Positions 1 to 8,464 of a stretch of DNA of 64,000 bases are shown piece by piece (positions within the stretch are counted from its first letter, which is position 1; the number at the start of each line of letters is the position of its first letter). This DNA comes from a virus, in IMG/VR virus record IMGVR_UViG_3300044844_000928; one strand, given 5' to 3'. The translations under genes and the position numbers were made by a program. The notes below the pieces were generated by a model. That model saw nothing but the letters and a program-made list of their open reading frames with translations. It was not told the DNA's origin and searched no databases.

Positions 1-1
1 T

Positions 2-346
2 AAAAACGCAGTTATGGAATCTGTATTGAATGAAGCAACAGAAGCATTTTTTGCTAATTTTAAAGACACAATGAAAAACCCTATGCAAATTACATCGCAC
101 ACGGGCGGTAAAGCAAATTTAAGATCTAAAGGCGCTGCTGAATCTTTAAGTAATATGCGTTGGATGCTTGATGACAAAGATAAGGTTGCCGTTCATAAGT
201 TAGGTGGCGGTACACAAGTTGAAAATGATTTTATACTTAAAAAAATTAATGATGTCCGCAGTAAATCTAAAGACGAAAAATCTTTTGTTAAAAATTTGAA
301 TTCAAGTTTTAACGGGAATTTCTTTACTGCAGGTCAAATCTTTTAA
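2..346 (+). CDS. Hypothetical protein, 5'-truncated by window edge; putative internal head protein
   Basis: Frame is open upstream of the ATG at 14 (KNAV-MESVLNE), matching the FKNAVMESVL motif of ORF 23901-24191, so the true start probably lies outside the window. Confidence 0.6.
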   Translation, partial: KNAVMESVLNEATEAFFANFKDTMKNPMQITSHTGGKANLRSKGAAESLSNMRWMLDDKDKVAVHKLGGGTQVENDFILKKINDVRSKSKDEKSFVKNLNSSFNGNFFTAGQIF

Positions 347-356
347 AGGGTGGATT

Positions 357-713
357 ATGACGAATGAATTTTATGAAGATTTTAAACGAATTGTAATGGA
401 ATCGTTTTTAAACGAAGAAACTGGAGCAGAACAAGGTGCTAGGTTATTATCAGATATGGATGCTTTATATCCAAAATGGACTAATACTAGTACATCACAA
501 GGAGATAAAGATATTTACAAAAAAGAGTTGTTAAAATATCTAACTAAAACTTGTGGTAATGAACATAAAAAAGATATTCAAACCGTTATTGACCAAATAA
601 TAACAAAAAATTCAGTAATAGAAAATGGACCTAAAAATGGTAGACAAACAGCCAATTTAGATATATTAAGAACATTGGTTAAACGCAAAATATTACCTCC
701 TCCTAACGCATAA
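357..713 (+). CDS. Hypothetical protein with N-terminal FYEDFKRIVMESFLNEE motif; putative internal head protein
   Basis: 118-aa ORF, AGGGTGG RBS, followed by a terminator. Confidence 0.65.
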   Translation: MTNEFYEDFKRIVMESFLNEETGAEQGARLLSDMDALYPKWTNTSTSQGDKDIYKKELLKYLTKTCGNEHKKDIQTVIDQIITKNSVIENGPKNGRQTANLDILRTLVKRKILPPPNA

Positions 714-719
714 ATAGAT

Positions 720-743
720 AGCCGACGTAATTGTCGGCTTTTT
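720..743 (+). terminator. Rho-independent terminator
   Basis: AGCCGAC-gtaatt-GTCGGCT followed by a T-run. Confidence 0.8.
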
Positions 744-761
744 ATTGTGTAAGATATTCTC

Positions 762-790
762 TTTACTTTTGGTACAATTTATAGTATAAT
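762..790 (+). promoter_or_regulatory. Early (host sigma70-type) promoter
   Basis: TTTACT-N17-TATAAT; the same pattern recurs seven times on + and three times on -. Resembles the T4 early consensus GTTTAC...TATAAT. Confidence 0.75.
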
Positions 791-798
791 GATTTTAA

Positions 799-805
799 CT
801 AAATA
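799..805 (+). promoter_or_regulatory. Putative late (gp55-type) promoter
   Basis: CTAAATA, a variant of T4 late TATAAATA that recurs upstream of structural genes in this window. Confidence 0.55.
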
Positions 806-836
806 AGTATTATTATATTTTAAAAAGGAGTACAAA

Positions 837-1655
837 ATGGTTAAAGAATTTACACCAGATATGAGAGAATTGAAACAAATCCATAAAGCATATAAGTCTT
901 GGAAAAAGGCTGATACTGAAACTTTATTGCGTAATAATAACTCTATGAGCAGAGTACAAGCCACAGCAAAAACTATGGGTGAAGCCGGCGGAAAAGAAGC
1001 TATTATAACTAGATTAATATACGCAAAATTTAATTCTAAACAAGTTGACTATTATTGGGACATGAAAGCTAAAGATAAAAAAGCTCTTGAAGAAGGTTAC
1101 GAAAGATTAGGGTTTGAAGACTTTAAAATGTCTGTTATGGAATCTGTATTGAATGATTCAAAGGTACATATTAGAGAAGGATTTGGTATAACTTATGTAC
1201 AAACTAAACCTGAAGATTTTGACCACTCAGAGTTAGATAAAACTGATTATACTACAGAAAACTCTATACATGGGAAAACTCATAGATTAATTTTTAAAGT
1301 TATCCCAGAACATTTACGCACAGGAACAACTACAAGAGGTTCTACTTTTATTACTGATATGGCATCGACAATAAAAGTTAAAGTTGCGAGTAAAAAGGTA
1401 TGGAAACACGCTGATGGTTCAACTTATAAAGATGAATCGCATTTTACCGGTAAAGCACAAGATATTACAAAAATTTGGTCTTATATAAAATCTAACGGTA
1501 AACCATTAGAACCAGGAAAGACTGGAGAGTTTAACTCGGAAGGTAGAAGAGAATCAATAAAATTAGACGGTGTTGTGTATTCAAAATCAGGTGATGATTC
1601 TGATACTATATCGTATACGTCACCAAATAGAACGTCTGCTCGCTGGAATAGATAA
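837..1655 (+). CDS. Hypothetical protein with internal LGFEDFKMSVMESVLND motif; putative internal head protein
   Basis: 272-aa ORF, AAGGAG RBS, early and late promoter motifs upstream, terminator downstream. Confidence 0.7.
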   Translation: MVKEFTPDMRELKQIHKAYKSWKKADTETLLRNNNSMSRVQATAKTMGEAGGKEAIITRLIYAKFNSKQVDYYWDMKAKDKKALEEGYERLGFEDFKMSVMESVLNDSKVHIREGFGITYVQTKPEDFDHSELDKTDYTTENSIHGKTHRLIFKVIPEHLRTGTTTRGSTFITDMASTIKVKVASKKVWKHADGSTYKDESHFTGKAQDITKIWSYIKSNGKPLEPGKTGEFNSEGRRESIKLDGVVYSKSGDDSDTISYTSPNRTSARWNR

Positions 1656-1668
1656 ACAAATATTGTGT

Positions 1669-1693
1669 AGCCGGCGTAATTGCCGGCTTTTTT
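1669..1693 (+). terminator. Rho-independent terminator
   Basis: AGCCGGC-gtaatt-GCCGGCT plus T-run; near copy of the 720 terminator. Confidence 0.8.
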
Positions 1694-1713
1694 ACACCAA
1701 AAATTCAGCACCA

Positions 1714-1720
1714 CTAAATA
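1714..1720 (+). promoter_or_regulatory. Putative late promoter
   Basis: CTAAATA upstream of the GIY-YIG gene. Confidence 0.45.
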
Positions 1721-1744
1721 TATTATTTGAGGAGATAATATATT

Positions 1745-2170
1745 ATGTGGCATTACAATGAAAAGGAATTCATTTCTGAAAACATCGGCGATGCAATTGG
1801 ATTCGTATATTTGATAACGAACTTGACTAACGGGCGGCGCTATATCGGGAAAAAACAATTTTACTCTTTTACTTCATCTATGAAAACTGTCACCCTAAAA
1901 AGTGGCGAAAAGAAAAAGAAAAGAGTCAAAAAAACCAGTGAATCAGATTGGAAAGATTATTATTCCAGTTCTATAGAATTGAAAAATGATGTTGAACTGT
2001 TAGGGAAAGATAATTTTAAAAGGGAAATCCTACATTTGATTAAAACAAAAGGAATGATGAGTTACCTTGAAGCAAAGTTGCAATTTCAACATGAGGTACT
2101 TGAGCATCCTGATTTATGGTATAACGGGCAAATTCAATGTCGAATATCTAAATCACATATCAAATTGTAG
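1745..2170 (+). CDS. denA: GIY-YIG endonuclease, endonuclease II (DenA)-like
   Basis: GFVYLITNLTNGRRYIGKKQF...SDWKDYYSSS...FKREIL...YN motifs; 141 aa, typical of the T4-like EndoII family. Confidence 0.8.
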   Translation: MWHYNEKEFISENIGDAIGFVYLITNLTNGRRYIGKKQFYSFTSSMKTVTLKSGEKKKKRVKKTSESDWKDYYSSSIELKNDVELLGKDNFKREILHLIKTKGMMSYLEAKLQFQHEVLEHPDLWYNGQIQCRISKSHIKL

Positions 2171-2195
2171 GATTCATAATCTACAAGAGGTGCAT

Positions 2196-2702
2196 ATGGT
2201 AACAATTGAGTTTACATATGATTATGATTCACGATTTTTACCGATTTATAGAAGTATGTTTGAGTCAGAGTTTACCGGTAGGGATTGGTTCGATAGAATA
2301 AGATATATTCCAGATAATGTATTGGAATACAAATTACAATCTACATTATTAAATAGAAGAATTAATTCGCATGAAATGAAGATGATGGTTATTTATCAAG
2401 ATGGAATTCCTGTAGGGTTAAGTTTTCCCAAAAAATCATTTATTGATTCTGAAAAAGAAACCTTTAAACTAGACGGGGATAATTGGTATAAGATAGGTTC
2501 TATTGTTATACTAGATAAATATCGAAATAAAGGAATAGGCTATAAAGCTTGTAGAGAGTTTCTTAAACTTTATCCGAAAATATTTTACCATGTTGATGAG
2601 AAAAATATAGCATCTGTTAGGGTGGCTGAAAAATTAAAACTCAACTTCTCGCATATGGCAAGTCTTAATGAAATAAATTACAGGGTGTACAAATCCATTT
2701 AA
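2196..2702 (+). CDS. GNAT-family N-acetyltransferase
   Basis: Acetyl-CoA motif A ILDKYRNKGIG and NIASVRVAEKL; start moved to ATG 2196 after a GAGG RBS. Confidence 0.75.
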   Translation: MVTIEFTYDYDSRFLPIYRSMFESEFTGRDWFDRIRYIPDNVLEYKLQSTLLNRRINSHEMKMMVIYQDGIPVGLSFPKKSFIDSEKETFKLDGDNWYKIGSIVILDKYRNKGIGYKACREFLKLYPKIFYHVDEKNIASVRVAEKLKLNFSHMASLNEINYRVYKSI

Positions 2703-2707
2703 TTGAT

Positions 2708-2735
2708 AAAGCCAGCCTAATAAGCTGGCTTTTTT
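2708..2735 (+). terminator. Rho-independent terminator
   Basis: AAAGCCAGC-ctaataa-GCTGGCTTT plus T-run. Confidence 0.8.
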
Positions 2736-2737
2736 AC

Positions 2738-2766
2738 TTTACTTTTGACATATTATAGTTTATAAT
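2738..2766 (+). promoter_or_regulatory. Early promoter
   Basis: TTTACT-N17-TATAAT. Confidence 0.75.
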
Positions 2767-2805
2767 TGCCTATATAAAATTGAATTACGTTAAAAAGGAA
2801 ATAAA

Positions 2806-3360
2806 ATGAAAAGACCATCTAAAAAAAGTGTACAAAACGCAATCGTTGATATTACTACTGTTGATGATGCAGTTGAAATTACAACACCAGCAACAGAAAC
2901 GGTAGCACCGGTTGAAGAAGTTGTTGTTGAAGAAGTTGTTGTTGAAGAAGTTGTTGTTGAAGAGGTTCAAGTTGAAACTATTGAACCGGAACAAATTGTT
3001 GTAGAAGAAGTTGTTATTGAAGAACCAGTTGTATCTGAAACGCCTGAAGTCGTTGAAATTCCAAGCCATAAATTTCAAATCAGATTAGACGATAAACTAT
3101 TTGGTGTGACCGTTTCTAACGGCTTACTAAATTGGCAAACGGCTTATAACTGGGCAGATTCTACCGGTAACGTGTTACCTGATAAAGATATTATTTCAAA
3201 GGTTTATATGCAGGCTAAAGATTCATTCGGTATTGGTGAATGGTGGTCTGCTTCTAGAGTAGATGATGATAAAGCATGGGTCATTGATTTCGTGAAGAAA
3301 AATCGGTCGGCAAAACGTGTTAAAGACGGCGCGTTTGCTTTTTACTTAACTGAGATTTAA
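2806..3360 (+). CDS. Protein with acidic low-complexity N-terminus and DUF1566/Lcl (C-type lectin-like) C-terminal domain
   Basis: EEVVV repeats, then LNWQTAYNWA..LP....WWSAS...AWVIDF, the pattern typical of DUF1566. Confidence 0.6.
   Translation: MKRPSKKSVQNAIVDITTVDDAVEITTPATETVAPVEEVVVEEVVVEEVVVEEVQVETIEPEQIVVEEVVIEEPVVSETPEVVEIPSHKFQIRLDDKLFGVTVSNGLLNWQTAYNWADSTGNVLPDKDIISKVYMQAKDSFGIGEWWSASRVDDDKAWVIDFVKKNRSAKRVKDGAFAFYLTEI
2911..2967 (+). repeat. 15-bp coding tandem repeat (GTTGAAGAAGTTGTT, ~3.8 copies)
   Basis: Directly visible; encodes VEEVV. Confidence 0.9.
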
Positions 3361-3361
3361 T

Positions 3362-3607
3362 ATGCCGTTCTATACTTTTAAGAACAAAGAAACTGCTGAA
3401 ACAATTGAAGTGTTTATGTCTATCAGCAAATTAGACGCATACAAACTTGAGCACCCTGAACTGGATGTTGTTATTGGAACGCCAAAAGTTATTGATCCAA
3501 CCCGACTTGATGCTACTCGAAAGGTAGATGGTGGATTCAAAGAAGTATTGAATAAGATTCATTCCAGAACCGCAGGTTCATGTTTAGACAGAACAGCTAA
3601 ACTATAA
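3362..3607 (+). CDS. Conserved T4-like hypothetical protein (FmdB-like N-terminus)
   Basis: MPFYTFKNKET..IEVFMSIS..D.Y...HP...GGFKEVL.KI pattern, usually found near the exonuclease gene in T4-like phages. Confidence 0.65.
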   Translation: MPFYTFKNKETAETIEVFMSISKLDAYKLEHPELDVVIGTPKVIDPTRLDATRKVDGGFKEVLNKIHSRTAGSCLDRTAKL

Positions 3608-3623
3608 AAAGGGATTATATATT

Positions 3624-3911
3624 ATGGAAAACCCGCTTTACTTTGTCATGTCAATATATTATAATAATGATATTCCTGGTTGTGATAAGGATTTTGTTAT
3701 TCAAGAAATTATGAAAAATGATAAGATAACGTATCAAGGCAATGAAGAGTTTTTATCTGAAGATGAAGACGCATTGATTAACGCCTTACGAAAACTTTAT
3801 TTGACATTTTCTCATATTAAAGATATCGCAACTGAAATCGTTATTTATTCTGTCATTGATATTAAGACAGTTAATTTTGAAGCAGTTTTTGACAAAAGTA
3901 GGTTAAATTGA
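3624..3911 (+). CDS. Hypothetical protein
   Basis: 95-aa ORF in operon; stop overlaps next start. Confidence 0.55.
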   Translation: MENPLYFVMSIYYNNDIPGCDKDFVIQEIMKNDKITYQGNEEFLSEDEDALINALRKLYLTFSHIKDIATEIVIYSVIDIKTVNFEAVFDKSRLN

Positions 3912-4561
3912 AAACACATATAGCACATCCTGAAATAACGCAGTTGACACGGGTTAACGTTAACGGCTCAAGATGGTACCAAACACCGGAGGGTAAACGT
4001 TATCCTTCAGTGACTTCGGTGACATCTCATGCTTCCAAGGGTGCTATTAACGAATGGAGGAATAAGGTAGGACATGCTGAAGCTGATAAAATATCCGCAC
4101 GTGCTTCTAATCGGGGCACACGAATCCATTCTTTATGTGAGGACTATCTCAACAATAAAGAGATAACGCCGTCAGATTTTGATTTAGATTCATGGAGATC
4201 TATGAAACCTCTACTAGATTCTATTGATAATATTCACGGTAATGAACTCAGATTATATTCTGATTTGTTAGAGGTAGCGGGTACTGCTGATTGTATAGCA
4301 GACTATAATGGCGTCTTATCAGTAATTGATTTTAAAACGTCAGGGAAATTGAAACGTAAAGAATGGATCACAAACTATTTTCAACAAGCGGCTTTTTACA
4401 GTTTAGCATTTAGAGAAAGAACAGGCTTATCGGCAAACCAAATTGTTATTTTAATATCGGTTGATGATGAGAATCCACAAGTATTCGTGGAACCTGTTAA
4501 AAATTGGTTGTTATCCGCTAAACAATGTCGGGATGATTTTAGGAAAGCAACTGGTCAATGA
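3908..4561 (+). CDS. PD-(D/E)XK exonuclease (Cas4/RecB-like T4-type exonuclease)
   Basis: RWYQTPEGKRYPSVT, RGTRIH, AGTADCI..Y.G..SVIDFKTS, YFQQ..FY motifs. Confidence 0.85.
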   Translation: MKTHIAHPEITQLTRVNVNGSRWYQTPEGKRYPSVTSVTSHASKGAINEWRNKVGHAEADKISARASNRGTRIHSLCEDYLNNKEITPSDFDLDSWRSMKPLLDSIDNIHGNELRLYSDLLEVAGTADCIADYNGVLSVIDFKTSGKLKRKEWITNYFQQAAFYSLAFRERTGLSANQIVILISVDDENPQVFVEPVKNWLLSAKQCRDDFRKATGQ

Positions 4562-4668
4562 GAAAATAACCAAATCCAAATTACCAGTAAGAACATTATA
4601 TACTGATTTGGGTAAAGAGTAAGCTTAATTGTTGTACGGCTTACTCTGAACTAATAGGAAAAATAATT

Positions 4669-5154
4669 GTGTTAAAACTAATATTATCAGCAGCAATTGT
4701 GTTATCGTCAACTACAGCAGTCTACGCTAAACATGAAGAAAGTAAATTTCTTGAATCAGAAATCAATTGCTTGGGGGACGCGATCTTTAGAGAATCTCGT
4801 TCCGAACCATTGGTAGGTAAAGTCCTAGTCGGTCAAGTTGTAATGAACCGGTTACGTCATAAATCCTTTCCAAAAACTGTATGTGAAGTGGTTCACCAAA
4901 AGGGACATAAACATGGAAGGCTAATTTGTCAATTCTCATGGGCATGTATGAATTTACCGCCTATCCCTAAAACGGGAAAAGAAAGATTTGACAGTTATTA
5001 CCTAGCCAGAATGATTTATAATCATGAACTTAGAGATGTATCAAAAGGCTCGTTGTTTTTCTTTAAAGATAACGAACTTAAATACGTCAAACAAATGAGA
5101 ATTGCCTTAGTAACTAAAGTCGGGCAACATGGGTTTTATAAAGAACGGGCGTGA
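4669..5154 (+). CDS. SleB/Hydrolase_2-family cell wall hydrolase with signal peptide
   Basis: CL..AIF.ESR.E...G...VG.VV.NR....FP.TVC.VV.Q...CQFSW...GQH.FY; hydrophobic N-terminus. Confidence 0.85.
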   Translation: MLKLILSAAIVLSSTTAVYAKHEESKFLESEINCLGDAIFRESRSEPLVGKVLVGQVVMNRLRHKSFPKTVCEVVHQKGHKHGRLICQFSWACMNLPPIPKTGKERFDSYYLARMIYNHELRDVSKGSLFFFKDNELKYVKQMRIALVTKVGQHGFYKERA

Positions 5155-5157
5155 CGC

Positions 5158-5186
5158 TTTACTTTTAGACTAAAATAAGTTATAAT
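5158..5186 (+). promoter_or_regulatory. Early promoter
   Basis: TTTACT-N17-TATAAT upstream of gp33. Confidence 0.75.
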
Positions 5187-5209
5187 TGTATTTTTGTAAT
5201 GGAGAACTT

Positions 5210-5425
5210 ATGTTTAAAACATCTAATGAATTCTCAATTTTTATTGAAACTAAATCAGCTGTAACTAAAAAACCTGTGCTAGATATTATCCTCGAATATT
5301 GCGAAGAGCATTATCTTGATGTAGTAGATGTTGTGCCTATGCTTAATCGCTCTATTCGGGGTAAACTAGAAAACGAATTTGTCGCAAACGGTATGTTGCC
5401 TAAAGTTGCTACTCTGGACGTATAA
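5210..5425 (+). CDS. 33: Late promoter transcription coactivator gp33
   Basis: FS..IE.......LD.I..YCEE..LD...V...L...I..KL..E pattern; 33-59-32 synteny; GGAG RBS before ATG 5210. Confidence 0.8.
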   Translation: MFKTSNEFSIFIETKSAVTKKPVLDIILEYCEEHYLDVVDVVPMLNRSIRGKLENEFVANGMLPKVATLDV

Positions 5426-6006
5426 TGAACGGGTATCAGATTTATCAATATTACAGTTCTATAAAGCTACATTTCACGTCAAATAATTATGATGTGTTTG
5501 CTAATAAGGGTAAAACAAAAACAAGCTATTCGGCATATTTGAGCAGAAAGGATTATAAATTGTTTGAAGCTGTTAGCAAATACTTTAAATCTGACATGGA
5601 AGTTATCCAGTTCACGGCGGCTAATATTGCTTATGGGTATCCTAATTTTATATATGCCATTGATGATGGGTGCGTTGATAATTACCTACTTTTTCTAAAA
5701 CGTAAACAAAGCTTGACTAACGTCTTTAAAGACGATCTTGCTAAAATTGAATGGGAACTAGATAAAGGTGAAACAAACCTGTTTGAATTTAAAGATGGTG
5801 AAATACCATTAACGTTCAGAATGTTTATGGGCGGCTTTATTACTATTGAAACCATGAACATATTAAATAAAATGTTTGGGTTTTTGGATATCGAATATCC
5901 AATGTTTCAAAAAGAATTTCTTCGAATCAAAAAACTGTCCGGATTCGTTGAATATGATTTAGATAAACTGAAAAATGTTTATCAACAATCTAGTTTACTT
6001 TCATAG
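5425..6006 (+). CDS. 59: Helicase loader gp59
   Basis: MNGYQIYQYYSSIKLHFT..NYDVF...GK......Y..RKD...F; sits between gp33 and gp32. Confidence 0.85.
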   Translation: MNGYQIYQYYSSIKLHFTSNNYDVFANKGKTKTSYSAYLSRKDYKLFEAVSKYFKSDMEVIQFTAANIAYGYPNFIYAIDDGCVDNYLLFLKRKQSLTNVFKDDLAKIEWELDKGETNLFEFKDGEIPLTFRMFMGGFITIETMNILNKMFGFLDIEYPMFQKEFLRIKKLSGFVEYDLDKLKNVYQQSSLLS

Positions 6007-6022
6007 TGTATTAACGTATAAT
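5994..6022 (+). promoter_or_regulatory. Early promoter for gene 32
   Basis: GTTTACT-N17-TATAAT. Confidence 0.75.
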
Positions 6023-6087
6023 ATGAAAGTTAGGGCAGTTGACTAATCGTAAATACATCGTAATCTATCGTAAATAAAGGAAATAAT

Positions 6088-7017
6088 ATGACAATCAATA
6101 TCGAATCTTTAAGAAAAATGCGTAATGCTGACTTCGGCGCTATTACCGCTGAAATGGAAAAAATCGTTAATCCACAAACTAACAATAGTGATGATGAACG
6201 TTACTGGAAGTTGACTCGTGATAAAGCTGGCAACGGTTCAGCTGTTATTCGTTTTTTACCTAAAAAAGAGGGTGATGATTTACCTTGGGTGAAAATCTAT
6301 AATCATGGTTTTCAAGGACCAACCGGTAAATGGTTTATTGAAAATTCATTAACCACTATTGGTCAGGAAGATCCCGTTTCTATTGCTAATTCTGCATTAT
6401 GGAATACCGGTAATGAAAAGGATAAAGAGTTGGCGCGTGCTAGAAAACGCCGCCTACAATACTTTGCAAATATCGTAGTTCTTGACGATCCAGCGAATCC
6501 TGCTAATAACGGCAGAGTGTTTATCTTTAAATTTGGTAAAAAGATTTTTGACAAAATTATGGATAAAGCAAAACCAACCTTTGCTGATGATAAACCAGTG
6601 AATGTGTTTGATTTATGGGAAGGCGCTAATTTTAAATTGCGTATCCGTACCGTTGAAGGTTATCCTAATTATGACCAATCAGTTTTTGCTGAACCATCCG
6701 AATTATTCGGTGGTGACGAAGCCAAACTTGTTGCTGCTGTAAATGCACAATATCAGCTGAATGACTTTTTAGCGCCTTCTAACTTTAAAACTTATGAAGA
6801 ATTATCTAGAAAATTAAATTCAGTTATTAATCCTGATTCGCCAGCTGTACCTAACGCGAACTCTATGACTAATTCTTACGCTGAAGCACCGGTTAAGGTT
6901 GAATCTGCTTCATCTTATATGACTGCGTCAGCTCCAGCGCCTGTTGCGGCTTCAAAGTCTGACGATGATGATGAAGACGTAATGGCATATTTTGCTAGAA
7001 TTGCCGCCGCCGGATAA
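6088..7017 (+). CDS. 32: Single-stranded DNA-binding protein gp32
   Basis: DERYWK..DKAGNGSAVIRFLP, HGFQGPTGKWFIENSLTT, FGKKIFDKI, GANFKL, acidic C-tail. Confidence 0.97.
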   Translation: MTINIESLRKMRNADFGAITAEMEKIVNPQTNNSDDERYWKLTRDKAGNGSAVIRFLPKKEGDDLPWVKIYNHGFQGPTGKWFIENSLTTIGQEDPVSIANSALWNTGNEKDKELARARKRRLQYFANIVVLDDPANPANNGRVFIFKFGKKIFDKIMDKAKPTFADDKPVNVFDLWEGANFKLRIRTVEGYPNYDQSVFAEPSELFGGDEAKLVAAVNAQYQLNDFLAPSNFKTYEELSRKLNSVINPDSPAVPNANSMTNSYAEAPVKVESASSYMTASAPAPVAASKSDDDDEDVMAYFARIAAAG

Positions 7018-7035
7018 TCCTTTTAAGGATTAGTT

Positions 7036-7073
7036 AAGCCGCTCTATCTTAATTGGTAGATCGGCTTTTTTGT
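7036..7073 (+). terminator. Rho-independent terminator (copy 1 of a 38-bp direct repeat)
   Basis: AAGCCGCTCTATCTTAATTGGTAGATCGGCTTTTTTGT; 37/38 identical to 7578-7615. Confidence 0.85.
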
Positions 7074-7100
7074 TTTAAATAATATTTTATGGAGGAATAT

Positions 7101-7559
7101 ATGTTAAGTTATAAAGAATTTACTGGACATTTAAATGAACAAGTCAAACCCGTTAAATTGAAACAGGGAAATGTACAAATAGTAACGCCGTTAAAAGCAA
7201 CAAAAGACCCAGATTGGGGTGATTATTCTATTGACCACCCAAAATTCCCTAAGGAATCAAGAGTTGATGCTAATAAAATTACCATCAAAAATGGTATGGT
7301 TGTAGGTATGACGGAAACGTTGGCTAAACAACTTGGAGTTGAAACTGTAGGTGATAAATTTGGAAAAACTGCAGATGAACAAAGAAAAGAAAAAGAAACA
7401 TTGGCTAAAGAAAAAGCACATAAAGAATTTCAAAATTCAGCAACCGGCGCTATAGTTAAATCTTGGGGCATAAAAAATGCCGTAAATACAGGCAAAATCA
7501 GCAAAGAAGATGGTGAACTTAGATTGAAAAATTTAGCTGATAAATTCAATAATAAATAA
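7101..7559 (+). CDS. Hypothetical protein, putative internal head protein (MLSYKEF...LNE N-terminus)
   Basis: GGAGGA RBS before ATG 7101; TTAAATA late-like motif at 7075-7081; N-terminus resembles the T4 capsid targeting sequence MKTYQEFIAE. Confidence 0.65.
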   Translation: MLSYKEFTGHLNEQVKPVKLKQGNVQIVTPLKATKDPDWGDYSIDHPKFPKESRVDANKITIKNGMVVGMTETLAKQLGVETVGDKFGKTADEQRKEKETLAKEKAHKEFQNSATGAIVKSWGIKNAVNTGKISKEDGELRLKNLADKFNNK

Positions 7560-7577
7560 CACAAATCATACAACAAA

Positions 7578-7615
7578 AAGCCGCTCTATCTTAATTGGTA
7601 GAGCGGCTTTTTTGT
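7578..7615 (+). terminator. Rho-independent terminator (copy 2 of the 38-bp direct repeat)
   Basis: AAGCCGCTCTA...TAGAGCGGCTT hairpin plus T-run. Confidence 0.85.
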
Positions 7616-7650
7616 GCCTAAAATAAATTTAAAAATAATTAAAAAAAAGC

Positions 7651-7678
7651 TTTACTTTTTTATAAAACATAGTATAAT
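7651..7678 (+). promoter_or_regulatory. Early promoter with A-rich UP element
   Basis: TTTACT-N16-TATAAT preceded by A-tracts; shares AAAACATAGTATAATAG with the 9045 promoter. Confidence 0.75.
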
Positions 7679-7728
7679 AGATCGTAATGAAGTTTTAAAC
7701 CGTAATTAAATTATTTGGAGTGTGTAAG

Positions 7729-8025
7729 ATGAGTAAAGAAGTTGCCCTTTCTATTAAAGAAACCGCTGTTCGTTTAGGCTGGACTGTTGAAGTTCGCGGT
7801 TCTATTTTGACCATCAAAAAACCTATTAGCGGCAGAGAAGAATTTGTAACCGCTGATATGGAATACTACTCTATTCTTGGTTTATTACCACAAACCTCTC
7901 CTGGTAGCATTTGGGGAACTGACGGCGGCGGTATTGGTGCCGTATCTGCGATGTCTAAAGGTTTATTTGTTATGAATAAATCTGGTGGTTCAAAAAGAGT
8001 ATTAAATGCTCTTGCTAAACTATAG
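7729..8025 (+). CDS. Hypothetical early protein
   Basis: GGAG RBS, first gene after the promoter; GSIWGTDGGGIG motif. Confidence 0.7.
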   Translation: MSKEVALSIKETAVRLGWTVEVRGSILTIKKPISGREEFVTADMEYYSILGLLPQTSPGSIWGTDGGGIGAVSAMSKGLFVMNKSGGSKRVLNALAKL

Positions 8026-8036
8026 GGAGAACGCTT

Positions 8037-8123
8037 ATGATAGCGAAACAGTGTGCTCAAAAAGTTAATGGTCATTGTCCATTACATAACCTATTTTGTA
8101 AATATCCTGAATGTGAGAAATAA
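8037..8123 (+). CDS. Small Cys/His-rich peptide (28 aa), not in ORF track
   Basis: GGGAGA RBS; MIAKQCAQKVNGHCPLHNLFCKYPECEK*; fills the gap between neighbours exactly. Confidence 0.5.
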   Translation: MIAKQCAQKVNGHCPLHNLFCKYPECEK

Positions 8124-8124
8124 A

Positions 8125-8451
8125 ATGGCAAATTATATTTTAGTAAAAGTAGACACAAATGATGGCGATTACGCAAGTAACTTTACTGAAATCAGCGACG
8201 AAACATTAGCGATTATACAGCCTTTGATTGAAAAAATTAAAGCTAACCCAAACAGTCACAATTTCAATTATCGCGAAGGTTTAGATGAGGATGAACATGC
8301 ATATGACGTATACATAGCCAAAGAAACGGCTGAAGAAGACGAAGAAGTTCTTGATATATTTTGGGATTTTCTTCCTATGCCAGAATATGGTTTTCATACA
8401 ATAGTTTCTATTGAAATTTATGAAGTTAGTCGCGTTGAGAAACTATTATAA
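8125..8451 (+). CDS. Hypothetical acidic protein
   Basis: Start moved to ATG 8125; DTNDGDY and PEYGFHTI.SI motifs. Confidence 0.65.
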   Translation: MANYILVKVDTNDGDYASNFTEISDETLAIIQPLIEKIKANPNSHNFNYREGLDEDEHAYDVYIAKETAEEDEEVLDIFWDFLPMPEYGFHTIVSIEIYEVSRVEKLL

Positions 8452-8464
8452 ATTGGATAATACG

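Noticed and set aside
1745-2170. Mobile homing endonuclease (seg/intron type)
   Set aside because: Short, no C-terminal DNA-binding repeats, motif pattern fits DenA/EndoII, and no intron context.
2785-3078. Asn/Phe-repeat ORF on the minus strand
   Set aside because: Antisense reading of the GTTGAAGAAGTTGTT repeat.
2806-3360. Diversity-generating retroelement target (DUF1566)
   Set aside because: No reverse transcriptase and no template/variable repeat pair seen in the window.
3908-4561. Cas4 as part of a CRISPR system
   Set aside because: Standard T4-like PD-(D/E)XK exonuclease lacking an obvious four-Cys Fe-S set; no other cas genes nearby.
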